Shown piece after piece: positions 1-15,420 of a DNA stretch of 64,000 nt. The stretch's first letter is position 1, and each line of letters starts with the position of its first letter. The notes below the pieces were generated by a model. It was not told the DNA's origin, ran no database searches, and saw only the letters and a list, made by a program, of their open reading frames with translations. Source of the stretch: Oopsacas minuta (taxonomy: Eukaryota > Animalia > Porifera); assembly GCA_024704765.1 (NCBI GenBank), contig JAKMXF010000055.1, positions 318,353 to 382,352 on the forward strand, given 5' to 3'. Made by a program: the position numbers and the translations under genes.

Positions 1-142
1 GAAGGGGTAGAAAATGTAACCTTTTGAATTCTTCCTATCAAAAATAAGGATCTATGGTCATGGGAAACATAGAGAAAAAGTTTGGCGCTTTGTCAGGGAT
101 ATTCAAATTTTCCCAAATATGTGCTTAGGCTGTCTGACTAAG

Positions 143-170
143 ATATATATATATATATATATATATATAT
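143..170. repeat. (TA)n microsatellite
   Basis: Direct reading of the sequence. Confidence 0.95.
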
Positions 171-2536
171 TACAGGGCCGGCTCAAGGGGGGGCTGCGAC
201 CCTTACAAATGCACGATCCACCGAATAATTGACCCCAGGATACTGAACCTTAAAATGTATGGTCCGTATCATAGGCGCCAGAACTCAATTTGGTCAGAGT
301 GGGTCAAAAAACACCCTACCTACCTTCTTTTGGCGCCCCTGGTCCCGATAGATAATGAATTTCTGACGGACCTGAAAGTGTTGTCAGGTGTCCCCTATTG
401 TACATTGACAATGCTTTAATATTCAATAAGCGGAAATTCCTGCGATTTTCTCCAAATTGCGTTAATTTCATGTAACTGAATATTTTGCTTCAACATTAAT
501 CGCAATGATTTCCTTCGCGTTATTTTTCATCTCATTAATTTGATTGAGCTTTTATTTCCTATAACAGGGTGTTCACCTGAAATTCTTTACCAATTTCTCC
601 TTGATATATTTATCATATATTTAGGCAGTGACATTCTCTGATTTTCTACTCTATGTTTACGACAGGTTATTACACAAAGACCTCAATGAGAGAGTTATTA
701 GATATGGTCTTCAAAGCGCAAAGTTGTCATCCTTTGTCACATCAATCCCTGGACAAAGCATTTCCGCAATGTAATCAACAAAACGATATTTTATGTGTGT
801 CATCCAACAATGCATATAGGTACTGCAGCGGGCTGGGAATTTCATGGAACGGCTCAGACCGATAGCATAAACCTGGTCAATTCTTGTTCAGCCCACCCTA
901 AAGTTTTGGCAAGTTTGGTGGAACATTAGCCCCAACACATGTCCAAAAAACCGGGACATTTGTATATTGGCTCATTAAATGGTTGGCTATCTATATAGTA
1001 TAAATTTAATTTTTTAATAATAACTAGCGCCCTTCGCTTGCTAGGTCGCTGCGCGACATCGTAGGGCTCAGGTTAGCTAAAGTATAAACAGTTACATTTC
1101 TTGATGCTTTTGGTGGCTAGGCGACGAGCATGTACTCGGCCTCTGGGTTAACTTCTTGTAGAAATATTATATTTTTATCCTCTATGGTCCATCCACAATC
1201 CATTTAATGGCCTTCTGTGGTAATACTGGAACTCTTACGTGGCTTTTACTAATCTGGACGCTTCGTGTCTCGAAGAATAAGAAAAGGCATGATAACGTAA
1301 TTATCCCATGTCATATGAATTAGCTTTTGGTAGGAATCATGACGTCAGGACATTTGTCACATTGAGGGGGACCTGTAATTCAGATTTCAAACTTCTATCA
1401 TGTATATTGGCTGAGCAATGACGTCGTGGTTTCATCATGTGTGAATTTTCGTCCAAGACTCGTACTTGTCCTAGGCAGGCCCATAATACCCCTGTGCCAA
1501 AAATCAGCCCTGTGGGTTCTCCAGTTTCTTCAATCAATTCTGGACATACAAACATATATATATACACACTTAGAGCTAGATTAATTACGTTAAATAGTAT
1601 AGATTATACTAAATATATAAGCCATTTTCCTACGATTTCAGGCTTAGGTATATACCGTTTATACATTATGTAGTCAGAGTCGCTTAGGTAGAAAATTATA
1701 GATACAAACTTAATATAATAAATTTAATGATATTTCGTCGGCACAGGCGGTGATTTGAGATTATTATCCGAGTCGCCTGATTCTGTACAACGATACTACC
1801 GAAATTTGTCCTGTGATTATTCCGAGTTTAGAATCTGCCCTGTGCCTGGGTTTGGTATCTGTCCGAAGATAATTCAGAGTTCGGAATCCGTCCTAAATTT
1901 CTTAATAATATATTAGAGAAAATACTTAATGATTAGCATAAAGTCCACATTCCCGTCCCTAGGTAGCTTAATAACGAACACAAATGAACACTCCCAGACA
2001 CAAGGTAACGAACTAAATCCCTAATCCCATCCTATTGGTACCTGTTTATCATTAATATAATAAAAGGTGCTATCACGTCCTAGTTTCTATAAATTCCTTT
2101 TTTCTATAATTATCTCCTTAATTTCTATAAATGTCTTCTTTAAACGCCATCTCTTATTTTTCTAAACATTTGAAAGCTTCCTTAAATTTCTTAAATTTCT
2201 AAAAAACCACCATCTTTCTAAAACCCAAATATTCAACGATCCGCCACAGCTCACAATATAGACATTTCGATGGAATCTAATTTGCCGTAGGAAAGATTCC
2301 GAACTCAGAATAATCGTAGGACAGATTCTGAACACCAAATAATCGTAGATAAGATTCCGAAATCAGGCGTAAGACAGATTCAGCTTTCCCTTTTATCCTA
2401 CTCTAGCTTCGTATAATTTACGTATTTGCATCCTTTGTCCGATCGAGGGTTATGAATAGTTCCAAACTGATGGATCGGTCCAGACCGCACTTGAGAAAGA
2501 GCTGACCGGACCAGTCTGGACCGCTGCATCTCTAAT

Positions 2537-2630
2537 ATATATATATAGTTTTATATATATATATATAGTTTTATATATATATATATAACTATATATATAT
2601 ATAACAATATATATATATATATATAATTAT
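2537..2630. repeat. Interrupted (TA)n microsatellite
   Basis: TA runs interrupted by repeated GTTT and AAC. Confidence 0.9.
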
Positions 2631-3059
2631 ATAAAATGCTTGCTGTGGAATCTCTGGACTAAAAAACAACGACCCAAAACTTAGAGCTGTATCCTGATTC
2701 GAAATGATTAAATTTATTTTTTTCTGGTCTTGAAACGCAGTATCCCTGCTCTAAGTGAAATCCTAGGATCCCTGCCCTAAGTGAAATCCCAGGACTTTTT
2801 GGTTCGATCCTTAGACGCCTGGAAAAATGGGAAATATCTGGACGATTGACACGTCTGCTCAAACGGAACACTTCCTCCATCTTTCGATGCACCTACTTAG
2901 AAAAGCCCAATTTCGAGAGGCTCCTATGCATTCATCCCATTTTGGGAATTTCATTAACAATCTTCAATTCTCTATAATTCGTCCCCGCCTTTCGGAAAGT
3001 GCACCAAATAATCCAACTGAATGGGCCTCCATATAAATCTAGCCGGCCCTGGTAGTGCT

Positions 3060-3226
3060 TATATATAATTAATAGTGAAAAGTGTGTATGCAAGAACAAT
3101 CGAATTGCAAATGTGTCCCTAACTGAAAATTAGTGCCCCCCGCTATCTGAGGAACACTAAATTCCATTAGGGATACATTTGCCATTCGTGTGTTCTTGCT
3201 TCCTCACTTTTCACTATAAAATATAA
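3060..3226. mobile_element. Hairpin MITE
   Basis: About 70-bp imperfect arms ATAGTGAAAAGTG...GCAAATGTGTCCCTAA / TTAGGGATACATTTGC...CACTTTTCACTAT. Confidence 0.72.
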
Positions 3227-4815
3227 GTACAGTTGAGGTCTGATTTTACTCGATAGTATACATATACGATGGAGATTATATTCCCGTCTGATTTTTACTC
3301 ACTTTACCATCTAATTTGAATAACTTGCTTTAGTGTTTGAATTTTACTTGTTTTATTGTCTGATTATTTAATTAGATAGTAAAATATGTTAAAAATCAGA
3401 GGGTAAACGAGTAAAATCACGGTTTCAGTGGAACGGAAATTCTATTCCAATTCCTATCCCATTTCCACAGGATCCTGGTAAAATCATAAATTAAAACGAT
3501 TAAATTCAGACAGTAAAGCAAATTATTCAAATTATATGGTAAAGCGAGCATAAGGGGAAAGCCGGGAGGGAAGGGGGATAGAGTCCCCTTCGCTTCGTTA
3601 CAACCCCATAGAGCGAATACAAAATATACGTGTGACCTCCTCAATAATGCACGAGCCTTCCTCCCCTAACTCCACAGTGTTATGGCCAGAATCAATATAT
3701 CTTATTTGTAAATCGCATTCAGAATTTGTATTTGTGCACATATATTATATTCAAACATAAAAAATTTGTAAATGAAGACCCTGGTCCCCTCCTAATGGAT
3801 TTGCTTTTAACTACTACGAATACATCCTTCCTCAATATCTAAGTTGTATTTGAAGACGTTGCTTCTCTCCCAAAGGTAGTTAAATATCCTGCATGCGGAT
3901 TTTCTATATGACAAGCACCTTCACTGATTATTCTTGTACAATTCCATCACCATAGACGTAGAGTATGACGGGGGGCCTCTTCGCCCCGTCAGCTTTCTGT
4001 TAAAGATTCTGGAAATACATTATGTGTAGAATGTGAAATCATGACTATTTCCATCATGAATAACTATACTTTCCGGATATTTTATCAATAGTGTACTGTA
4101 CGAGTATCCCAATTGTGGAATCCCGCTTAACGACCACCTCAGAATAATCATCTTCCCGATATTGCTACTAATTTTTGTATTCTCGTTAGACTACTTATTA
4201 ACATTACTATTATTTGATTTTGGAATTACGACGACCCCGCTATTCATTATTTTGGCCATTGTTTATGAACGAAACATTATTTTCAATCACAGAATCACGA
4301 TCAAATTTCTATTAACAATTTATTCTTCCAAGATTCCAACTCTTGATCTATTAGAAAACAATGCCAATTTGACAAATATATAACAATCTAAATCAAATCT
4401 TCTATATCAAACAGTTTACTTTAGAATAAGTACATGCTAAATGCTATTTCAATGGTTACTATGAATATAGAATATAGATAAATCAGAGACGTATTATAAA
4501 ATTTCGAGTGCCTCGTCAGCTTTTGGTAAAATAATGAATAACTCTACGTCTATATCTATCACTAATAAAGTTTACGTCTACAAAATATCTGCAGTCTCAT
4601 ATATTTTCAGGCATAAATTTTTGATTAACTAAATTTTACTATTATTGGTTGATACCAAAATGATGTACCAAACAAATATATAATTTTGTTAATCGATTTC
4701 CATAGAATCGCTGAAAACTCATTTTCCAATTAGTTACCTACTGATTCAACACTTGTCTCCGTTATGTCATGAATCTATCTATTCTTTGATGTTATTATTT
4801 TATGGATGCTTTTAG

Positions 4816-5196
<381 letters not shown>

Positions 5197-5699
5197 TGAT
5201 TCCCAACCTTTTTTTACCATTTACCCAAATTTCCTAAATTTCTCAACACACATCACCTACTGCAATTACCTGTAACATTAACCGGTTACCGTCTATTTAG
5301 TGGGATTGCTAGTGTCGCGCAATTAGCGAATTTTGGTGCCGCACTTAACAACGTTCTTAGGCTGATGAAGTTGCTCAACTTACAGTCGCGGAAAACTTTT
5401 CAAATTTATTCAAACGAATATACGAATTATTTAAGTTGCATAATAAATATGTAGAATGTCAATATTGAAGAAAAACAATGATACGATATCTTCATGAGAA
5501 ATGTCAGAATTTTCCCAAGGCATTTTGACCTATCTGGCTAATATATAGGCGCCTTCAGAGCAGAGGAAGGGATCTCGGGTAAGCTGCTATGTCCCTTACA
5601 AATAATTACGTGAAGTGGATAAATATCCTGTTTCCTAATTATGTTTTATTGTTCCATTGCAATTTGAGAAGTCAAATTGTCAGCAAGATACTTCAGAGT

Positions 5700-6240
5700 T
5701 GAACATATGCAGTTTAAATGACCCAAATTCAAAATATAATTTATACAAAATATCTAAAAAATAATCATGCTAAAGTTCGCTAGTTCTTAATTTACAGCTG
5801 AGAACATGGATTGCACTTGTTTGTCAATATTCACTCATAACTCGATAATCGTTTCAATTATGGTCAAATCAAGATAGCCATTTTATAATTCATACCCAAC
5901 TTCCCATATCCTGATAATATATTATGATATGAAATCTGAGAAGATTATTGCGCAATCTTAAAAAGAAAATATATTAGCATATCAGAATTACGTCAAAATG
6001 GTACGAGATATCAAATCAATATGTATTATCAGAATATGGGAAGTTGGGTATGTATTATGAATTGGCTGTCTTGACCATAAATGAAACGATTACCTAGTTA
6101 TAAGTTAATATTGAAGAACAAGCGAAATCCATGGTTTCAGCTGTAATTCCAGGACTAGCCACATTTGGCAAGACATTTGTTGATATTTTGTATAAAAATA
6201 TAGTTCGAATATTTCATAATTGACCTTTAATATCAAAGAT
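5700..6240. repeat. Foldback-type long inverted repeat, copy 1
   Basis: CATACCCAACTTCCCATATCCTGATAATA (about 5890) pairs with its complement at about 6025-6052. Arms stay alignable for about 200 bp outward. Confidence 0.8.
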
Positions 6241-9237
6241 CAATATTTTGCCATCTATAGCGTTTCATTTTGGAAAATTTTCCATTTTATCAGCCTATTA
6301 GGTGGTCATAAAACATCATTTCGATCTGGAAATATTTCTAGACGTAGAATGTGTGATTCATTGTATCATATTTGTGAAACTCGATGATAGCTTCAGTATA
6401 TTCAGTAATATCATGAGTTATTTGTACTTCGAATCAACTAGATGGACTTCTTATTTATCCCTGCTTCAGAAAATATAGCTAATTTCCAGTCCATATATTG
6501 TTGTTCACGATGCTACATAATAATCGATCCTGACAACGCATACCACAATATTAGTTAATCGTATATTGAATTGTAATTATTTAGCACTGTAGAACTCATA
6601 TATGCAGTAGAACCTCTATATGTGGGAGATGTCGGAACAACGAATCTCCTGATAACCCCATTTCTACTATCAGATGCAAATGTCCTCTAACCAGAGATTT
6701 TTGCGTCTATATGTTTGGCCACTTTTCCAATTACTTGTTTTAATTATACATGTAATTGATTATTTATCTATTATAATATGCCTAAATTTGGTAGTTGAAT
6801 ATACAAATTTGTTAACAAGGCTCTTCTGAAATCCCACAGATATCAATTCATTTTAGCGATTACTACGTTTTCCAAATTTACCACAACAATTTATAATTTA
6901 AGAAAGTTATTGTAGAATTCCCCACTTACAGAGGAAATTTCAATACTTTAGAATATTTATCTCTTTACTCAAAAGTATTCCATTCACCATTCCCCGCAGG
7001 TTCGTTTCTTAAAAGATGAATGAAGGTTTGTTTTGACAGAAATGTACAGCCCTGCAAAAATGGGCCCTCCTATATTCTTAGTAAATGTGTATAGAGGTTC
7101 TCCATTTATAGAGACTCCACTTATTGAGTTAGCACTATATACAAGGGCGTCGGAAGTATGGTCCATAGCCGCTCCACCTTTCATTACCATAATGACACAG
7201 CACAGGTACCCATACACATTAAGAAATCCTGGGGGAACCCTTAATGTAGTTTACTAGCTTGAATTGCTTTAAATACCTTGTTCTGATAAATTTCTTAATA
7301 TTTTTATGTTTCTGAAGGATACCAGCCAAGGATTGAGTTCGAGGTTTCGACTGGCGAATTCCCGTTTTAAATACCAACTTCTCTAAATCTCCTCCATTAA
7401 CATAAAGTTACTACCACACTAGTGGATCAGGGTCAACCTTTCTATAGCGGCCACCTATATAATGGCCGCGTTTGGTCAATCCCTTCGGGTGGCCGTTATA
7501 CATAAGTTTACTGTATGTGAAAATATTATTATCGTATGAAAAATCATGCTCATTTTTGCAAAGTCACTGTTACCCGGTTTTTAGTGCAAAGTGTTAACAA
7601 TTAAAATGACGGAAATTACACTCAAGGTATAGTCGTAAATGAAATTTTAGGATAACCTGTGCAGGAGTTATGAAGTTATGAGAGTCAAAGTGGTGCTCGC
7701 TTTTCGCTGCTGAACTTGTTGCTATCTTCACATCCATTATCAATATACTTTAATTGCGTTTTAATACTATAGATCATAGATGCCCAAAGGATTTCAGACA
7801 AGGTCCATATAGTTATACAAAAGGATCAGCAGTCCACAACATAAACTTCCCTGAATTTATCACTTCTATGAAACTGGAATATACTATTACATTTCCTACT
7901 ATGAATCTAATGCTAAAAAGTACACACAAGTCGATACGTATTTACTTGGAATAATAACTAATGAAATAAAATCAGTGTAAGTAAAGTCTCTATTTAAATG
8001 AAATAGTATATGAAATAAGACAAAAATATCTCGAAGAGTAAATACATAGCATATATTTGGCATATAGTCAGAATTTTGAAAGAAGTATGGATGAATGCAT
8101 TCCCAAGCTGCGGTCGGATTAGATTGAAGAAAGGTCGGATCCGAAAAAAGAATAATACATTCTGTTGAGATGAAATTTGAACAATTTTCAGAAAACAAAT
8201 GTTCTCCCTGCTGTCCGGATGATCCAGGGTCTACTGTACTAACGCGCTTCGATTGCCATTTCGCTGCTCTGGCCTTTAGTGCCTCAGGTTATCTTAAGTA
8301 CCAATTCGCTCAATTACTTGATGGAAAATATATTTACCACTTCTATTAAAGAGGATGCTTGTATTACATCTTTTAATCTAAAGACTTGCCCTTATTTGCG
8401 TTGCCAATTTCTGTGACTTCAATAAGAATGGACAAAATGAGTACAAGTGCCTTTTGAGAAGTGTTTACGGTTTACATTCCCCAAAGTCTTGATTAATTCC
8501 TAGCACTCGGTCCGCAACGGACTGGGAAAGGATGTAACGAGTTAAACCAGGTGAGAAGTCAGAATCATTAACTTTCCATTTCAATTTCAAATACCAAAGC
8601 CATCGCTTGTTAATAATATGTTTTCAGGAAGCGCTTTTCTAAACGTTATGGTAGTAATAAAGTGGTAATTGTTTGTTGTGTGTGTTCTGTATAGAGTGAA
8701 TATTACATTATTCATGTAACATTACCATTTTACGTTCATCATAAATTTGTTAATGTCTATCCGGAGTAGTAACATAATACGTTCGCAACTTGTGCCTAGA
8801 AAATTGGGCCAGCCAATCAAAAATTAATTGTATAAACTTAACTATAATTATTTCAAATTGGATATTGACACAGACCCAGCATGTATAGTAAATCTAAAAT
8901 GAAATCATCAAGCTTTTCAGATTTAATATTTTAGACTATGGTTGATTGGGTCTTAGGAAGCGATATTCAGTGGTTGAGTCAACCTTATCAAAACCTATTT
9001 CCCAGAATAGGTTTTGACAAGGTTAACCTGGTTAAATGACAAGGTTAACCTGGCCATAAGGTCCACCGGTATTTTTGATACTAGTATATATGTTAAAGGT
9101 ACACGTTAATTTCCAGGAGGTCTGGTTACTCTCAGAAAACCTGAAATTACCCCCCATTGTGGTAATTAGTTCCCTAATTGTCGACCACTGTAATAGACCG
9201 AAGGATATTTTATGGGAACTTTTGAATGCGAAACTAG

Positions 9238-9564
<327 letters not shown>

Positions 9565-9733
9565 TAGTTTTGTTACTATATTATACACGTACTAGCTTTT
9601 CTTGAAGTGTATTTTGTAAATTTTATTTCGACATAAGCCACAAGTTGAGCAATTTGGTGGTTATTGCCACCAAACTACCTAATTTGTCGAACATTGGCTC
9701 ACTTCTTGTTGAGTGAGATCAAAATTCAATATA

Positions 9734-9844
9734 CAGTCAAACTTGTCTATAACGGCCACCGAAGTGACTGACCAAAACTTTATTTACGTGCCTGTATATA
9801 TTGGTATCCGTTAAACAGAGGTGGCCGTTTAGCAGGTTCCATTG
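9734..9844. mobile_element. Tigger/pogo-type MITE (relatives at about 7428-7513 and 49288-49462)
   Basis: TA flanks. CAGTCAAACTTGTCTATAACGGCCACC...GGTGGCCGTTTAGCAGGTTCCATTG. Confidence 0.72.
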
Positions 9845-11039
9845 TATGTGCTTGTACATCCAATTGCTAGCGAATAAATGGAAATATTTCGAAAAAACTA
9901 TAAATTTACTACCAAATTGTTGATGTGTGTAGGGAAACCGTGAATTGTCTAGGGAATTAGTCGCAAACAAAACAAAACAAAATATCATCTGCGAATAGTC
10001 GAAACACTTATGGTAAACTCGCGAAGCGCGAGGGCTGATTATATTGTCCTCATGTGAAATTAGACTGTATATTTGTAATCTAAACTTCTGAATTAACCTA
10101 GATCCCATTTTTAAAAATTCGGGTATATATCAGCTGTGTTAATATTATGGCATTAGACGGTCCTCAACTTCAGGATCTAGATCCCGATCCTCAATTCATA
10201 AAGGATCTCCGATTTGCTCACGCTCCAATTAACATTTCAATATTTTGATACGTGACTTTTCGACAATAAGCTATGATATGATTACCTAACTATTCATACA
10301 TACCAGAGTGTAGCGATAGGCTAACTTTGGAGCTTTCGCACCCCTTCGTCAATTTGCAGAGCCTTTTCAAAAATGCCTAACAAACATGAAAGTTGCATAA
10401 TTATGATGTTATCATGTCAATTCAGTATTTTGGAAACAATGGTTTTGATTTACCTCGTTATATTTGTTTATATTATTGCAGAACATATTTGATTGTGGTG
10501 CAGAGTATTTCATCCATATGCATACATTCTAAAACTCATGTTATTTATTTGAGTACAATTGCCAGGGTTGCCGTGGGATTGGGGGATCGTAGTTATCCCA
10601 TGGAATTCCACATGGTATCCATTGGGAATCCAGTGTGTGTGCTTCTTCCATAATGGAGCACCGCTCCACCGTCCCTCCTGAATCATAAATGGTACGCGCT
10701 CCAGCTCCCACTCCTCAAAATAGGAGCCCGCACCTCTTTGGAACGCGCTCATTTAATGCTCTGAAGTTTGGTATGTATGTGATCTTCGATTTGCTGGTTG
10801 GCATAAAGAATCTAGATTTCTGAATGCTAGTTTAACCTGACTTTGCTAGTCAGTTATCAGGCCAGCTAAATAGAAACCAGCATCTGGCTGGACAGTTTGG
10901 GGGTATCTTCGTGACAAAGTTGGAATCGGGTCCACTTGTCAGAACCCGACGATCTTCAACCCGAACCCGAAGTGTAAATGAGTGTAGAAAGGCATATTTG
11001 CTTGCAATATTATGGGATAATAATATTTATCCAGTAAAT

Positions 11040-11165
11040 CATTGGTTCTCAACCTCTTTTCTCCGCGAACCTCTTTGTTCATTTTATGGTGTCTGCGGAT
11101 CACCTGTCAATAAACATTAACGAAAGAATTTTTAGGGGTTGTGGACCCCAGGTTGAGAACCACTG
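11040..11165. mobile_element. hAT (Charlie-like) MITE, 126 bp
   Basis: TIR CA(T/G)TGGTTCTCAACC. 8-bp flanks CAGTAAAT / CCGTAAAT (7 of 8 match). Confidence 0.8.
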
Positions 11166-11707
11166 CCGTAAATGTCCTTTTGAGGCCATATCATTAATGA
11201 TCCATATGATGTTTCTAATGTAAATATAATCTTTCAAAAAATAGAATTAAATCATTTAATTATTACAATTACCCACAAATTTCAAACTGATCAACTTCGA
11301 ACCCGATTCAACTCTGCTTCGTGAATGCTGGTGAATGATAAATAAGAAAATGATTAGGTTGAAAATATTAAATATAGTGATTAATATTTATTGTATTCTT
11401 CTAAGACACTCTTGTTGATGATGTGTCACTCTGTGCAATTGTCAGGGTTGCCGTGGGAAAGGAATTTCGATTCCCATTCCCATCCGATTTCCATGTGGGA
11501 AATTAAGTATTCTTGCTATAAAAGTGGATGTTGGGACACTTTTATATAATTCACAATTTATTGAAATAGTAGAATTTGCACATTTAGCAATTTCTCGAAT
11601 GTACAATGTTTCATTTCAATCCTGAATACTTAATATACAATTCTAATGTAAATCTGAAAGAATGAAAGTGGGCGGGATTGGAGCTCCCTCCATTATTCCT
11701 AGGGCGG

Positions 11708-12868
11708 CACAGTGGGCACAAATGGGTGCTTTAGTGGAAATACGCATGTATATAATAGCTACATAAGCGAAATATTTCGCTTATAGTAAAACGATAGCAA
11801 AAGGTCGATTGGAAACAACTAATTTTATGTAAAAGTGATATTTAACCAGTTTTGGGCTTCATTTCTGACAAAATTGTGGATATGATATTTATGGTCGCAT
11901 AATTTGATAATATTGGTAACCCATGTGCTTAAATATATTCTTCAAACAATGGAGTTTATGGTAAATTTTATAGTTTCCAGTGTGAAAATCCACCTAATCT
12001 ATTGCAGTACAGCGAAGTTATGAAACGATGTGCATATTCGCAAACTAACAATTTATAACAATCCCTAGCCACTTGTGCTAAAATAAAATATTTCATGTTG
12101 TTTGATTTATATAATCCAAATTATATAGTCTCTACCATCTACTATCAGTCTAAAGAAACTAAAAAGAGTGATTAAAAACAACTACCTAGTGAATATATGC
12201 CGCTCTAACTGATGGTTGAGACCAGAGAAAGTCGAATGCTTCTCTGTTAGTCATTATTGGTATAATGAATTTTTAGAAGAAGCAAAAAATGGCAAATTTA
12301 GAAGAATGTGAAATTTCAAAAAATGTCAACAGGTTCAGATAGAATTTGAGAATGGTCACCGTCGCGTCATTTCGCGCCCCTGGAAATTATGTTAAATTAG
12401 AGCTAATGGATTTAGCTTTCATTTATAACTTAAAATCATTTGCCCACGATTGCCTACGGTATATTTCTGCGCTATATCTACAAAATACATTCGTCCGAAC
12501 ACGCCGAAAACTCATTGAATCTATTTTGCTAAATTTCTTTAGTCAACTGAGAACCAAGCTCTGATACATGAAAGAAATACATCTAAGTGCATATACTCTA
12601 CATTGGAAATAGCAAAATTTGCTTTACTGTCACTAGTCTAGCATTTTTACCACAATACACTAGTGTGGTTACTATAAATATCAGATGCTATGTTTGGCCT
12701 CAATAAATATACATTCCATGAGATCAAAATTACTCAACTATCTGATTACATTGAAGTCTCTAAATTTTGCTGCCTAAGTTTTAGAGGGGAGGAATTTAGT
12801 TACAACAAAATTATTCAGATCTGAGTACATCAAAATTTTACCCTATTTCCACTCATTTTCCCACTGTG
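11708..12868. mobile_element. Non-autonomous Transib-like element (1161 bp)
   Basis: Termini CACAGTGGG...CCCACTGTG. 5-bp flanks GGCGG / AGCGG (4 of 5 match). No ORF of note. Inserted in a GC-rich MITE that ends TAATGCTCTG at about 12990. Confidence 0.7.
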
Positions 12869-14118
12869 AGCGGGAGCCGGTGTGCGCTACTTTTCTGAGT
12901 AAAGAGCGGAGGAGGGAGGGCCGCTCCCTATTTAGAGCGGAACCGCGGAGCGAGAGCGGACTCCAAAAGTGGGGACCACTTAATGCTCTGTCAAACTTCT
13001 ATTTGAACATCTTTAAAATAGATGAAAAATCGTAAAAAATTCACGCTCGACTTGAGAGATGTTTGAATAATAACTAACTTGTTTATCCTCACTTATATCC
13101 TGAAATTATATTTCATTACCCGGGGTTCATTAATCGGCGACAATGTCTAAATATGATAGTAATTACATTTTCGAATATCTCTAGGTTAATGTACACTAGC
13201 GCGCTTCACTTACTATGTGCTCTAGGTTATCATATGTATTAAACAGGTAAATTTTATTGTTTTATTGGCCGATGCGCGAGTATACTCGGCTTGTGTATCG
13301 ACCACTCGGCACTACTTGCCTCTAATTCACAGAATAACTTACATTTGAATATTTTATTACCCATGGCCCATCCCAATCATTTAATTGCCTTTTTTGGTGA
13401 TACTGAAACTTCCACGTTGCTTTTGGAAAGTAATCTGTGCAATCTTTTTGTCATGACGAATAGGGTCGCTTCTCTATTAAAAACGGCAACATAACCGTGA
13501 GAATTCGAATCCGAAATTTTTTGTCTATATTTGTGACCCATGGACATTTATGTAAATTATATTCAATCGTTGAATTCCCAAAACGCGGGGAGGTACAAGT
13601 ATTCAAAGTTGAAGTCAGAGTTATAGTGGAGGCGGTAAGTATCATTTATAAAAAGTAATGTCAGTTCAAATTGATATTTGATATCCAAATTCAACTCAAT
13701 CTGTTATATTTTATAACTAAAGTATTCGACCATTTCAGATTTGCTAATATTTTGTTATATTCTTATTCACCCATGTAACTAAGATATTTTTATACATCGA
13801 TATCCATCAATCTCCAAAAATGAATCTTGTTAACGCTTATTCTCTGATTTATAACTAATAGTTATTTATACATCAAAGTAATTAGATTTTAGTTTGATAT
13901 ACTTAGTATTTAATACTGTAAGTGGTCGAATACTTTGTCATTTAACTGTACATAAATTATACCTTACAGGTAATATCCGATATACATTTATACAGATAAT
14001 ATTCAGATAAATTTACACACAAATATACATTACACATACATTACACATACAAGTACAACAGCATCAATTTACGCAGATAGTTAGAGATTATTGTATTATA
14101 TACCACTCTCATATTATA

Positions 14119-15418
14119 CAAGGGTTGTTCAATAAATAATACAACTTTTTTTCATAATTCATAATTCACATAGTAAACCTATACTTATCATAATTGATTA
14201 TCAAATGTTTCGATAAATTCCCTCTTTAACTTTATACATGGTTTCCATCGTTCTGGTACTTTTACAGCCCGTGGTATAGAATTCTTTAGGGGTTCCATTT
14301 TCCCACTGTTTTATTTCATACTCTAGCCGTTTGAAATCCTCAAATCTCTTCCCTCGAAGAGGTCTCTTCATCTCTCCAAACAGCCAGTAGTCGCTGGGAG
14401 CCAGGTCTGGACTATACGGGGGAAGAGGGAGGCATTCGAATCCTAAGTCGTCAATTGCAGCCATTGTCTTGGAGCTTACATGGGGCCTTGCGTTGTCATG
14501 TTACAGCAATACGCCACGTGTCAACTTGCCTCGCCTCTCACGTTTAATCGCTTGACGCAATTCTTTGAATTCGTCAACGTAATATTCACTGTTTATGGTG
14601 GTCTTCTCAGGCAACCAGTCGAGGTGTATAACTCTGTTGCCATTCTCTTCCCTGCTGATTTTGCGGCCTTTACTTTGATGTGTAACAGGTTCATCACGTT
14701 TCTTCCACTGCTTCGATTGAGTTTTGCTCTCTGATTCATAATAATGAATCCAAGTTTCATCCCACGTTACTATACATTCCAAAAGGTCTTCCTCTGCCTT
14801 GTATCTTGAAAGTAATTCTTTACTAACTCTGACCATTTCACGTTTTTGTTCTTTAAAAATAAGTTTTGTGACCCAACGCGCAGTTACCATCCATATTTCT
14901 AGATCTTCAGTGATAATCGAGTGTAGTGTGGCTTTTGATTTACCTACCCTCTCTTCTAATTCTCGCAGGGTTATTCGTCTGTCCTCGTCCAAAATTGTTT
15001 GGGCCCTCTCGATATTACTGCGGGTTTTTGAGGAAGTCGGATGATCTGGGCCATGGTCATCGTGGAGGTCCTCATCGACCTTATCAAAAGGTTCGAACCA
15101 TCGATATATGGTGGCTTTCGAAGGACATTCATCACCGTAAATATCCTGCATTCCACGAAGAATGTAAGGGCAAGTTTTCCCGTATTTCCACAGGTACCAA
15201 ATTATTTGTCGTTTTCCTTCTTTGCTAAAATGCATTAGTGAAAAATGTCGCTCATACAAATGAATCTTTATACTGAAGAATATGCTAGCAGAGTAAAGAG
15301 ATATTGTATAGAAGTTAGATAATCAAGTTAGCCTTGTAATCTGATGTTCGGCTTAGAGCTGTATTAAGTAGAATAGGAATTTGATACATTAGTCCCATTA
15401 CTTATTCTACAACCCTTC
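14119..15418 (-). mobile_element. mariner element family A, copy 1 (1300 bp, defective transposase)
   Basis: TA on both flanks (14117-18, 15419-20). Imperfect TIRs CAAGGGTTGTTCAATAAATAAT / GAAGGGTTGTAGAATAAGTAAT. Motifs WDETW, L*HDNARPH and YSPDLAPSD are present. In-frame TAA at 14501-3 plus frameshifts. Confidence 0.93.
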
Positions 15419-15420
15419 TA

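Noticed and set aside
173-3051. CAGGGCCGGCT...AGCCGGCCCTG as the two ends of one 2.9-kb hAT element
   Set aside because: Flanks (ATATATTA vs GTAGTGCT) share no TSD; more likely ends of separate MITEs.
4495-4525. TTTCGAGTGCCTCG upstream of the start codon as a promoter element
   Set aside because: It matches the mariner B terminal repeat, so it is probably a transposon remnant.
14501-14503. TAA at a Gln/Leu position of the mariner transposase (also 54457-59) as evidence of stop-codon reassignment
   Set aside because: The 485 host kinase codons contain no in-frame stop, and the same element has frameshifts, so ordinary decay explains it.
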